Source of the DNA: Oligoflexia bacterium | Lineage (GTDB): Bacteria; Bdellovibrionota; Bacteriovoracia; Bacteriovoracales; Bacteriovoracaceae | NCBI GenBank assembly: GCA_024229115.1 | Contig: JAAEST010000044.1 | Span: 2,999 to 66,998, forward strand | DNA length: 64,000 bases | Reading direction: 5' to 3' | Shown: piece after piece, positions 9,279 to 17,598 of the stretch | How the letters are laid out: the number at the start of each line of letters is the position of its first letter | Position numbering within the stretch: position 1 is the first letter of the stretch | Position numbers and translations under genes: made by a program | Notes under the pieces: generated by a model | The model's database searches: none | Told to the model about the DNA's origin: nothing | What the model saw: only the letters and a program-made list of their open reading frames with translations

Positions 9279-12173
9279 TCAGTACTTTAGCGGATAGTAG
9301 TTAATACTAGCTCTACCGCCACGCTCCATACACAGGAGTGTATAGGCCCAAAGCCCATCTACAGGTCTTGCAACTGGATCAATCAACGCACACTGCCTTG
9401 GGATTGAAAAAGTCAGAGCAACTGGACGGTAGAACTTCTCTCCATCAAAAACCATGTGATAAAGACGGTCACCAAATATTAAAGTTGAATCAATATGGAG
9501 AGCTGGCATTTTCTTTCCATCTCTTTCTACCGCAACAGGTTTTAATGTTTCACTAAAGTTCACACCAGGAAAAGCAGAATCTCTGTTAATTGGTAGAACA
9601 TGGTTCTTCGCATTTCCATCAGATCCCTTTGCACTTACTTGAACATGGTATCTCGTTTCAAGAAGTAGTGATTCAAGCTCATCATCAAATTGAGTAATTG
9701 TATTGAAAACAGGGTTATTCCATCCTGATGACTTAAAGTTTTGATCTTCAACCCCTTCACTACTTTCTTTAACGTAACGTCCATTTTGACGATCATACAT
9801 AACTAAGAAGCTAGCATCTCCATTCGGAACACTTAAGTTCTCAAGAGAAATTACTTCAAGAAGATTATTTCCCGCTACAAGTTTTCCAGGAAAAAATTTA
9901 GGTCTAACGTTATAAGCATTTACTTCTTTTACATTGATATTGAAGTAATTTCTTCTAAACTCACTTCCTACGCTGATAAAGAAATTTAGTTCTCCACTTA
10001 ATCTTTGCTTCTTTGTTTGAGGAAGAAGTTTTTCTACAGCACTTGGATCCCAATCATTCATCACACCTTGCATGATTAGATCTTCATTGAAATTAAAGTT
10101 ATCAATCACTCGATATTCGACAACAACTTCATTCCCTACAACTTTTGGGTTTAAGTAATAGATATGTTGTCCAGGTTCTGGACGATAATCAAGAATATCA
10201 CTTCCATTATCAATCTCAGGAATTGTGAATAGTTTTAGAAAACTTGGAACTAAAACATTTCCTAAATCTGATTTTACTTTGACCCAAGAAAAAGCTTCTT
10301 CAAATCCATCTTTAAGAGGAAGGCCTTCGAATTCACTAATTGGAAATTTCCATGCAGAATGCTCAGCTTTAAAAAGTCTTGTTCCATCTTTTTTAAAGAA
10401 ATCTAGATAGATATTCTCTTGGTTCTTTCCGAGAGAATAAACCATGTAGTCCATCTCACCATCAAGATTCGTGTCATTGATGAATACTGAAAGAATATCA
10501 TCTCTTTTTGGGAAGAATAAATCGACTTTCTTATAAGTTTTACCTTCCTCTTGGAAAAGAGAGAGTGAAGACTGCTCGTCTGACTTATTTCTAGAATCGA
10601 TAAACCAAAATTGCGGAGTATCAGATAAGTGATATTTGTCACTGACTCTTTTAATATTTGTTAATTTTCTAGTTTGTGTAATTTTAAGTAGAGCTCTAGC
10701 TGGAACATTTCCAAAGCTAACTTTAGTAATGTGGCTAGGATCAATTTTTTCCCATTCTCTAGCAAACATGACTGATGTAGCAGTTTCAGAAATAACTTTT
10801 TCATTGTGAATAATCTCAATCTGAACTTTCGCGTTACTATCGACATCAAGACTTGATAATTTACCAACAAGAAGCAACGAGTGTGACTGTCCTTCTTTTA
10901 GTGATGGAATTTCGAACTCATCTTTCATGAAAGAAACATATTCTTTATCTGAAGTTACTTTCACTTTAACGTTCTCTACAGTTCCAATAAAGTTCTTTAC
11001 TGGAATTGCAAGTGAAAATGTATTTGAAGATCCTTTCACTTTCACATCGAGAGTATTCTTAAAATCTGGAGCAATAAAAGTTTTGACTTCGTTTTTAAGA
11101 AGTTTTTTCATATTCACAAGTCCAAACTTCGTGAATTTCTCTTCACCCTTGATAGAGTCAGCTGTTCCATAAAGCTGTGCTTTAAATTGATCAATTGTAG
11201 ACTCTGGATGAGCAAGCTTATATGAAGCGGCTATCCCAGCTATAAAAGGAGAAGCTTGAGAAGTTCCTTTCTTAGATTCATAGCCATTAATTCTTAAGAT
11301 ACGACTCTCAACTTTCTCTGTTGGATAAGTAGAAACAATAAATTCACCTGGAGCAAGAATATCGACCTTTCCTCCAAAGTTAGAAAAAGAAGTAACAGCT
11401 CCTGTATTGTCTACAGCTCCAACACAAATGATTCCAGAAGTTGAACATGGGAATGTTGGAATTTCTTTATTATTATTACCACTTGCTACAACAACGATAA
11501 CATTCTTATCGATAGCATTTTTAAGAGCAATTTTAATTTTCTTTGTTTCAAGAATTGAGGGCCATCCTAATGATAGGTTTAGAACTTGTGCTCCTCTTTC
11601 TACCGCATAACGAATTCCATCAGCAATAATATCTGTCATAAGACGATTCTTATAAATGAAACTCTTTGTTTCACGACTAAGAACTTTAACAGGCATGATC
11701 TTAATTTGTGGATGGGCCAAACCAGCAACACCAAATCCATTCCTATTGGCAGCAATGATTCCCGCAACGTGAGTTCCGTGACCAGTGTCATCTTCTAAGT
11801 TTCCATTTCTATCAAGAGCGTTATATCCATTACAAACACCTTTAGAGGTATCTTCTCCAGGACATCTTTCTTCGTCTTTCCAAATACGACCTTTTAAATC
11901 AGGGTGATGAATATCAACACCACTATCAATAACTGCAACGATAACTTCTCTATCTTTAGGAATATTATAATTTTCTAAGCTATCCCAACGAATGTCTTTA
12001 CCAGCGATACCATCAAAGCTTTCTTTCGTAAGATCATCTTTAGTTCTAGGAATAGACTGACCTTCATTCACAAGTCCCCATTGCTTAGGAAATTGTGTGT
12101 CAGTAATTTCTACTGAATGAACAGGAGTACTCAAAAGAACTGAAAGAGATAAGAGTGATAATAGCTTTTTCAT
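9279..12173 (-). CDS. Secreted subtilisin-like serine protease (S8) with a roughly 600-aa C-terminal extension
   Basis: Signal peptide. Catalytic triad motifs are AVIDSGVDIHHPDL (Asp), GHGTHVAGIIAA (His) and GTSQASPFIAGIAA (Ser). The C-terminal region has an FG-GAP/VCBS-like DTNLDGEMDY segment. Confidence 0.9.
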   Translation of the reverse strand: MKKLLSLLSLSVLLSTPVHSVEITDTQFPKQWGLVNEGQSIPRTKDDLTKESFDGIAGKDIRWDSLENYNIPKDREVIVAVIDSGVDIHHPDLKGRIWKDEERCPGEDTSKGVCNGYNALDRNGNLEDDTGHGTHVAGIIAANRNGFGVAGLAHPQIKIMPVKVLSRETKSFIYKNRLMTDIIADGIRYAVERGAQVLNLSLGWPSILETKKIKIALKNAIDKNVIVVVASGNNNKEIPTFPCSTSGIICVGAVDNTGAVTSFSNFGGKVDILAPGEFIVSTYPTEKVESRILRINGYESKKGTSQASPFIAGIAASYKLAHPESTIDQFKAQLYGTADSIKGEEKFTKFGLVNMKKLLKNEVKTFIAPDFKNTLDVKVKGSSNTFSLAIPVKNFIGTVENVKVKVTSDKEYVSFMKDEFEIPSLKEGQSHSLLLVGKLSSLDVDSNAKVQIEIIHNEKVISETATSVMFAREWEKIDPSHITKVSFGNVPARALLKITQTRKLTNIKRVSDKYHLSDTPQFWFIDSRNKSDEQSSLSLFQEEGKTYKKVDLFFPKRDDILSVFINDTNLDGEMDYMVYSLGKNQENIYLDFFKKDGTRLFKAEHSAWKFPISEFEGLPLKDGFEEAFSWVKVKSDLGNVLVPSFLKLFTIPEIDNGSDILDYRPEPGQHIYYLNPKVVGNEVVVEYRVIDNFNFNEDLIMQGVMNDWDPSAVEKLLPQTKKQRLSGELNFFISVGSEFRRNYFNINVKEVNAYNVRPKFFPGKLVAGNNLLEVISLENLSVPNGDASFLVMYDRQNGRYVKESSEGVEDQNFKSSGWNNPVFNTITQFDDELESLLLETRYHVQVSAKGSDGNAKNHVLPINRDSAFPGVNFSETLKPVAVERDGKKMPALHIDSTLIFGDRLYHMVFDGEKFYRPVALTFSIPRQCALIDPVARPVDGLWAYTLLCMERGGRASINYYPLKY

Positions 12174-15100
12174 TATAGACTCTCCCTTATCCAGCTTCCG
12201 TGGAATTCTCCACCTTGTACGTTTAAGATATCTCTAATCACATCAATTGGACCATTCCAGTAACGAGACTTAACTTTTCCAATTGTGTCAGACTTAATTG
12301 GGTTATTTAAGATTTCTGAATTCTTTCTGAAACCATTGATTGCTCCATAAACAAACATATTATCTTCACCAATAATTTTCTTAAAGTCTTCGAATTCTAA
12401 GTACTGATATAATTTAGAAGCAAGATCAAGGTAACACTTACCCTTTTCTTCAATCGAAGATTCTTTGTCTGCTTCAGTCTTTTTACACTCTTTAATTTTT
12501 GCAGAAACAAGATTTAAATTTCCACACTCTATTAGAGTTTGAGCTGTTCTCATCTGGTGAGCACGTCCTCTTCTTACACGACAATTAGGGTTTGTACGGC
12601 TTCTTGCTGTCACATAGCTTCTTTGAATTCGTGTAACTTCTTTCTCTTTAAGATTTCTTAACCTCTGAATTCCACTTTCATAGAGATTTGTATTTACTGT
12701 GATCTCATATAAAGACAATTTTGTGAGATCCTCTAAAGACCTTTGATCAAAAATTACTTTTCCAAATTTTTCGTTAGTCTTCTTAACAAGTTTCTTCATT
12801 TTACTTTGAGAAGCACTCCAACCTTCTCGTTTCCAAGTAAGTCCAACAAAAGGTCTTCTCGCCATTTGAACTTCCTGACCGTCAACTTCTCTTCTCACAA
12901 CTTGAGCTTCATAACGTCCACTATAAGTCTCAGCAACACCTTTAAAGGTATGCGCTGGGTTCTTCCATCTTTCAGGATTTAAACTAAAATTGATATCAAT
13001 CTCTTCTTCTCTTAAAAACTTTCCAAGATAAAAGTTAATGACATCTTTAACAAAGCTTTCGTAGTTAATTCCACTTTGCCCATCATAAGTAACAGAAACA
13101 AGTTCTTGCTCTCTTCCACGCTGATCCTTGATATTGATACGAGACTCTTTGTTGAGATACTTACTTCTCCAAACCAGGAAAGATAGTTTTGTCGCTTTAT
13201 CATGAAATCCAGCATCAATCTCAATTGGCTTCTCAATAGCTTCTAATAATTCTGTTGAATCTTCAGACATTAAGCTCAATAAAGCTGTCGCATATTCATA
13301 GAACTTTGGATTACTCTTCGGGTCAGAGTTAATATTAACATTATGAACTTTAACTCCATACTTTCCACGAGTGTTCTTTAGATCAAGTCTGATAATAGGA
13401 ATTTTATTATCAATTCCTGCATTCATACTTAGTGAAAAAGCACGTCCACGATCATCATATACCTGAATCGTGTCTGGGTTCTTACGATAAAAGTGCATTC
13501 TTTTTAAGAAAACTTTATCAGTCCCAAAACCAAGGCTTACACCCGTATCTGCAATATTTAATCTTCCATTAAGCATCGCCGCTGGAACAATTCTTGAAGT
13601 TGTAATTAGAGACTCACCTACTCCAAGATTTCTATCGATGACTTCGATAATTCTAGCAAGCTCTTGTGCCCTAGCTTCTTCATCAAGTTCACCATTTTCA
13701 ACTTCCATCTGAGAAATTTTTTCTAATTCTTTTTTAATATTTCTCTTCAAAAGAGGAACATACATATTCTTATAAGGCTCTTTAAAAGAGGCCTTGAGTG
13801 TTTTTACAGGCTTTAAGTGAGTAAAGCTCTTTACGTAAGCAAGTGTTGCTCTAAAAGAAGCATTAGGCCAATAATCAATATTCTCAATTCCTACATGAGC
13901 ACCAAGAGTCACTCCATACCCAACAGTGTCAGCAAGTTGAACCATATTGTCAGTCCCTAAGTAGTTACCAACTACGATATCTCTACTTAGAATTAAATTT
14001 CCATCTACAATTGGGCTTACCCAAGCATCAATTTTAAAATCTTTAAACTCTCCTGTTTCAACAAAGTGATCTAAACCTTCTTGAAATTGAGCTTCGTGAA
14101 ATTTTATTTTTTCGTCTGTTGGGTCAAAAGCACTAAGATATTCATTGGCCTTTGCAATTAAGTTATCAATTGTAGCTGATTGAAGTTTTGAAAGAATAAA
14201 ATAACCAATATCTTTGAAAGGACTATCAGGATCTCCATGAGCAAAACGAGAGGCGTATCCGTCCCATTCTTCTTTTAACAGCTTTCCTTCTTTCAAGTCT
14301 TCTTTAAGACTAATTTTATAATTTACTTCTTCATTCTTATGGTCAATTTGAAGAATTTCTAGAATAGCGTTTTTTCTACTTAATAGCTTTTCAATAACAA
14401 GAGCTTCAACCTCTTGAGGAAAAAAAGCATTCTTTACAACTTCAACAATATCTTCTTTTGAAAGTTTTGCTAGTTTTCTTCCTATCCAAAGTACATCATC
14501 AATCGTTGTATCAAAATCTGATGACGTAAAATGAGGAAGAACAATATGGTCATTATCAATACGTCCAACTTTCCATTCAAACTTATTTACTGACTCTTTA
14601 AGATCAACAAGTGCGTATGGAATAATAAGGGCCCTAAGAGTTCTTGTCGTTAGTCTGTTAGGTGGAATCATAACGGCAGTATTGTAGTGATCATATTCAT
14701 TTGGCTCTGTGGCCACAACATCATAGAACTCTACAACCAGTTGGTCATCTTTGAATTCTGTAGGATCAATCTTTGTCCATCTCTTCGATGTTCCATAAGT
14801 TGACTCTGGAATTGAACGAGTAATAAAACGATCTCTTTGTTCTTTATTCTCAAATTGAACCTTAATCTTTTTATACCACTTCATTTTTGGAACTTTATAT
14901 CCAAGTTTACGAAGTAAATTCTTTCTTAATAAGTAAGTATGAAGTGTTTTATCTAGGTGAATGGTATAAACATTCTCTTTATTCTGCGAAAGAACATTGA
15001 ATCTTTGAAGACCGCTGTGTGAAGCGATAGCTGACATAAAATCAAAAGTCTGCTCAATATTTAAAGAGACATTATCATCTTGAGAAACTGCTTCAGAACT

Positions 15101-15388
15101 ATAGAGACTTGAAGTTGCAGGCTCTAACAAGCTTAGATCTAAGTTAACCTGAGGATCATTGGCCAATTCCCAAGCTTGTTCACTTGTTAATTTCTTACCA
15201 TTATAAAGAAGGTCACGACTTGGTTGTCTTACTCCATCCAAAGGAATACGAGCTTCTTGAGCTACCAGCCCACTTATAAAAGAAGCAAATAAGACACAAA
15301 TAAATAGTTGTCGCCGAACTTTGTTCACCAAATTAATCCTTAAAATGTTGGTTATCCTTTTTATTAGTTGCAACTCCAAGGCCATCAA
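12173..15388 (-). CDS. Large secreted hypothetical protein (about 1050-1071 aa), no recognised domain
   Basis: A long open frame. The more likely start is the GTG at 15328, which has AGGA 8 nt upstream and gives VNKVRRQLFICVLFASFISGLVAQEA (signal peptide). Its stop overlaps the subtilase ATG (TAATG at 12173). Confidence 0.7.
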   Translation of the reverse strand: MMALELQLIKRITNILRINLVNKVRRQLFICVLFASFISGLVAQEARIPLDGVRQPSRDLLYNGKKLTSEQAWELANDPQVNLDLSLLEPATSSLYSSEAVSQDDNVSLNIEQTFDFMSAIASHSGLQRFNVLSQNKENVYTIHLDKTLHTYLLRKNLLRKLGYKVPKMKWYKKIKVQFENKEQRDRFITRSIPESTYGTSKRWTKIDPTEFKDDQLVVEFYDVVATEPNEYDHYNTAVMIPPNRLTTRTLRALIIPYALVDLKESVNKFEWKVGRIDNDHIVLPHFTSSDFDTTIDDVLWIGRKLAKLSKEDIVEVVKNAFFPQEVEALVIEKLLSRKNAILEILQIDHKNEEVNYKISLKEDLKEGKLLKEEWDGYASRFAHGDPDSPFKDIGYFILSKLQSATIDNLIAKANEYLSAFDPTDEKIKFHEAQFQEGLDHFVETGEFKDFKIDAWVSPIVDGNLILSRDIVVGNYLGTDNMVQLADTVGYGVTLGAHVGIENIDYWPNASFRATLAYVKSFTHLKPVKTLKASFKEPYKNMYVPLLKRNIKKELEKISQMEVENGELDEEARAQELARIIEVIDRNLGVGESLITTSRIVPAAMLNGRLNIADTGVSLGFGTDKVFLKRMHFYRKNPDTIQVYDDRGRAFSLSMNAGIDNKIPIIRLDLKNTRGKYGVKVHNVNINSDPKSNPKFYEYATALLSLMSEDSTELLEAIEKPIEIDAGFHDKATKLSFLVWRSKYLNKESRINIKDQRGREQELVSVTYDGQSGINYESFVKDVINFYLGKFLREEEIDINFSLNPERWKNPAHTFKGVAETYSGRYEAQVVRREVDGQEVQMARRPFVGLTWKREGWSASQSKMKKLVKKTNEKFGKVIFDQRSLEDLTKLSLYEITVNTNLYESGIQRLRNLKEKEVTRIQRSYVTARSRTNPNCRVRRGRAHQMRTAQTLIECGNLNLVSAKIKECKKTEADKESSIEEKGKCYLDLASKLYQYLEFEDFKKIIGEDNMFVYGAINGFRKNSEILNNPIKSDTIGKVKSRYWNGPIDVIRDILNVQGGEFHGSWIRESL

Positions 15389-15612
15389 ATTTTTGAATAA
15401 ACAGGTAGTTACGCAGTGAGAAATGTCTACTATTTAGACACCCCCTTAAAGCCAGATCAGGGCCAAACCGAACCAAAAGCATCGGGCATTTTGGCCCCGG
15501 TTACCTTGTGACCCGCAGAAATTTTTACACGGCACCTAGCGTCAAATCTAAAAATGTGGTTTAACCCGCCTAGTCAAAAACTTTAATCACAGATCCCAAA
15601 CAGGAGAGGATT
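15389..15612. promoter_or_regulatory. Divergent intergenic region with structured, comparatively GC-rich core
   Basis: About half G+C by my hand count over 15441-15560, against AT-rich flanks. There are two hairpins. One is TGTCTA/TAGACA at 15424-15440. The other is an interrupted 12-bp hairpin, GGGCCAAA-CCGA...TCGG-gcat-TTTGGCCC, at 15460-15497. Confidence 0.5.
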
Positions 15613-16488
15613 ATGAAAATTAATATGAAGAAATTGGCCACATCTGCACTACTTCTAGGTTCAATGGCAACTCTAGTAGGTTGTGGTGGTTCATCTGGTG
15701 GAAGTTCTAGCTGGGGTGCGTACTCATCACCTTACGTAACAGCTGATCAGTTCGTAAACGCTCTTAATAGAATTGACCCACAATTAGCGGCTTCTGACGT
15801 TATTCTTTATGAAGACGAAACAATCAGATCTGCAGACTTCTTCGAAGATGACTGGTTTGTTATCTACGATGCTAAGTATGACGAGAACAAAGCTTTTAAC
15901 CTAGATTGGCTAAGAACTGTTGTTTATTACGATTACTACTCAAACTCTACAGGTCTTGCTGAGGAGTTCAGAGACAGAGAAGGTGACGATATCTTCGCTG
16001 GTGACGTAAATGGTGATTTCTGGGGAGATAAGTACGAAGTTGTTGATCCTGTATATAACTTCTTCGGAGACTTCCTATACTTCCGTGGACGTAACTCTGG
16101 TTGGGAATACAACGAGGGTGACGAGACTACTGACGCTTCACTAATGGTTAAAGAGAAGACTAGAGACGAAATCCTTAAGAAAGGTGCTGCGATCTCTTAC
16201 GAATTCTCAATGCCAATCGAAGAAGCGATCTCAGTTGCTTCACTTGGTAAGAAGTTAGAGAAAATGGTTTCTAAAGGACGTTCATTAGAAGAACTTACTC
16301 CTGAAGATCAATCAGCAATTACTAAAGATCTTGAGCACTTAACTGGTGTTTCAGTTGAGGAAGTAATGGCCGCTGCACTAAGCGACGACCTTAAGATCGA
16401 AGTTAACAAGAAGATTGCTAAGAAGCTTAAAGTTTCTTCTCAAACTCTTGAAGGAAGAATTCTTCCTGAGCTACTAGGTATCAAATAG
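15613..16488 (+). CDS. Acidic lipoprotein, paralog A (unknown family)
   Basis: SD AGGAG lies 6 nt upstream. It has lipobox LVGC followed by a Gly/Ser tether. It shares long identical blocks with paralog B (DDWFVIYDAKYDENKA, YYDYYSN, NGDFWGD, TTDASLMV). Confidence 0.8.
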   Translation: MKINMKKLATSALLLGSMATLVGCGGSSGGSSSWGAYSSPYVTADQFVNALNRIDPQLAASDVILYEDETIRSADFFEDDWFVIYDAKYDENKAFNLDWLRTVVYYDYYSNSTGLAEEFRDREGDDIFAGDVNGDFWGDKYEVVDPVYNFFGDFLYFRGRNSGWEYNEGDETTDASLMVKEKTRDEILKKGAAISYEFSMPIEEAISVASLGKKLEKMVSKGRSLEELTPEDQSAITKDLEHLTGVSVEEVMAAALSDDLKIEVNKKIAKKLKVSSQTLEGRILPELLGIK

Positions 16489-16517
16489 TTTAGTGAGAGA
16501 AAATATTTGAATAATGC

Positions 16518-16545
16518 AGCCTCCCGAATGGGAGGCTTTTTTTTT
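16518..16545 (+). terminator. Rho-independent terminator of paralog A
   Basis: AGCCTCCC-gaat-GGGAGGCT followed by a T9 run. Confidence 0.85.
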
Positions 16546-16563
16546 GGCACACTTCTTGTATAT

Positions 16564-16573
16564 CCCCCCCCCC
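16564..16573 (+). repeat. C10 homopolymeric tract upstream of paralog B
   Basis: Direct reading gives tatCCCCCCCCCCataagc. It lies 18 nt after the terminator T-run and 83 nt before the ATG at 16657. Confidence 0.9.
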
Positions 16574-16656
16574 ATAAGCTTAAAACCAAAACGGATTATG
16601 GTTTTCGCAAAGCAAAAGCATAATCCAATCTAATTTTCGAGAGAGGGAGAAATTTT

Positions 16657-17547
16657 ATGGAACGTTTTTGGAAAAAATCATTAGTAGCACTTACACTTGG
16701 TTCAGCACTTCTTACAGGATGTGGTGGCGGAGGTGGTTCATCTTCAGGTGGTGGAAGTAGCTCAGGTGGTGGGTCAACTTCAACTTGGGGACTTTACAAC
16801 TCTGCATACATCACAGCTGACGGTTTCGTTAATGCACTTAATGATGTTGACGGACTTATCGCAGACTCAGATGTAATTCTTTATACGGATGAAACATTCC
16901 GCTCAATGGAACCAGGTGAAGATGACTGGTTTGTAATCTACGATGCTAAGTATGATGAGAACAAAGCTGTAAGTCTTCAGTATGTACGTTCTCTTTATTA
17001 CTATGACTATTACTCAAACAACTATGCAACGGGTGATGAATTCCGTGCTCAAGAAGATTCAGATATCTTTAACGGTGATATCAACGGAGACTTCTGGGGA
17101 GATAATTACGAAGTTGTTGATTATGATGACTTCACAGGATCTTTCTGGGGTAGAAACTCTGGTTTCGAATATGAAGATGAAGATTCAACAACAGATGCTT
17201 CTTTAATGGTAGCAGACAAAGAACAACTTAAGTTCTTCAAGAAAGCTTCAAAAGTATCTTTCGCATTCAGCGTATCAATGGAAACAGCAATGTCTCTAGT
17301 AACATTAGGAAACAAAGTTGAAGGTCTTGTAGCTAAATCACAAGAGCAACTTACAGCTGAAGATCAAATGGCCCTTATGGGAGATCTTGAAAACCTTACA
17401 GGTGTAACTCTTGGTGAAATGATGGAAGCATCACAAGACAATGCTAAGAAAGACGCTGTTGTTAGCAAGATCGCAGAAAAAATCGGAACTTCTGCACAAA
17501 ACTTAGAATCAAAGCTTCTTCCTGAACTTTTCGGGTTAGAGATTTAA
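16657..17547 (+). CDS. Acidic lipoprotein, paralog B (unknown family)
   Basis: SD GGGAG lies 7 nt upstream. It has lipobox LTGC and a longer Gly/Ser tether (GGGGGSSSGGGSSSGGGSTS). By eye it is more than half identical to paralog A. Confidence 0.8.
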   Translation: MERFWKKSLVALTLGSALLTGCGGGGGSSSGGGSSSGGGSTSTWGLYNSAYITADGFVNALNDVDGLIADSDVILYTDETFRSMEPGEDDWFVIYDAKYDENKAVSLQYVRSLYYYDYYSNNYATGDEFRAQEDSDIFNGDINGDFWGDNYEVVDYDDFTGSFWGRNSGFEYEDEDSTTDASLMVADKEQLKFFKKASKVSFAFSVSMETAMSLVTLGNKVEGLVAKSQEQLTAEDQMALMGDLENLTGVTLGEMMEASQDNAKKDAVVSKIAEKIGTSAQNLESKLLPELFGLEI

Positions 17548-17571
17548 GCTTATAAAAGTCAGTTTTCAAAA

Positions 17572-17598
17572 GCCTCCTTTTTAGGAGGCTTTTTTTTT
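17572..17598. terminator. Bidirectional rho-independent terminator (paralog B / RNase G, convergent)
   Basis: GCCTCC-ttttta-GGAGGC followed by T9 on the plus strand. On the minus strand the same stem is followed by TTTTGAAAA. Confidence 0.85.

Noticed and set aside
15450-15520. This region has possible c-di-GMP-I (GEMM-I) or TPP riboswitch fragments. CAGGGCCAAACC and GGTTACC are on the plus strand. CCTGATCTGG is on the minus strand.
   Set aside because: Only short strings match. The second GEMM hairpin with its tetraloop/receptor layout and ACGCAAAGCC core is absent, as is the THI-box CTGAGA element. The spacing is far too short. I kept the region only as an unclassified structured region pending an Infernal scan.
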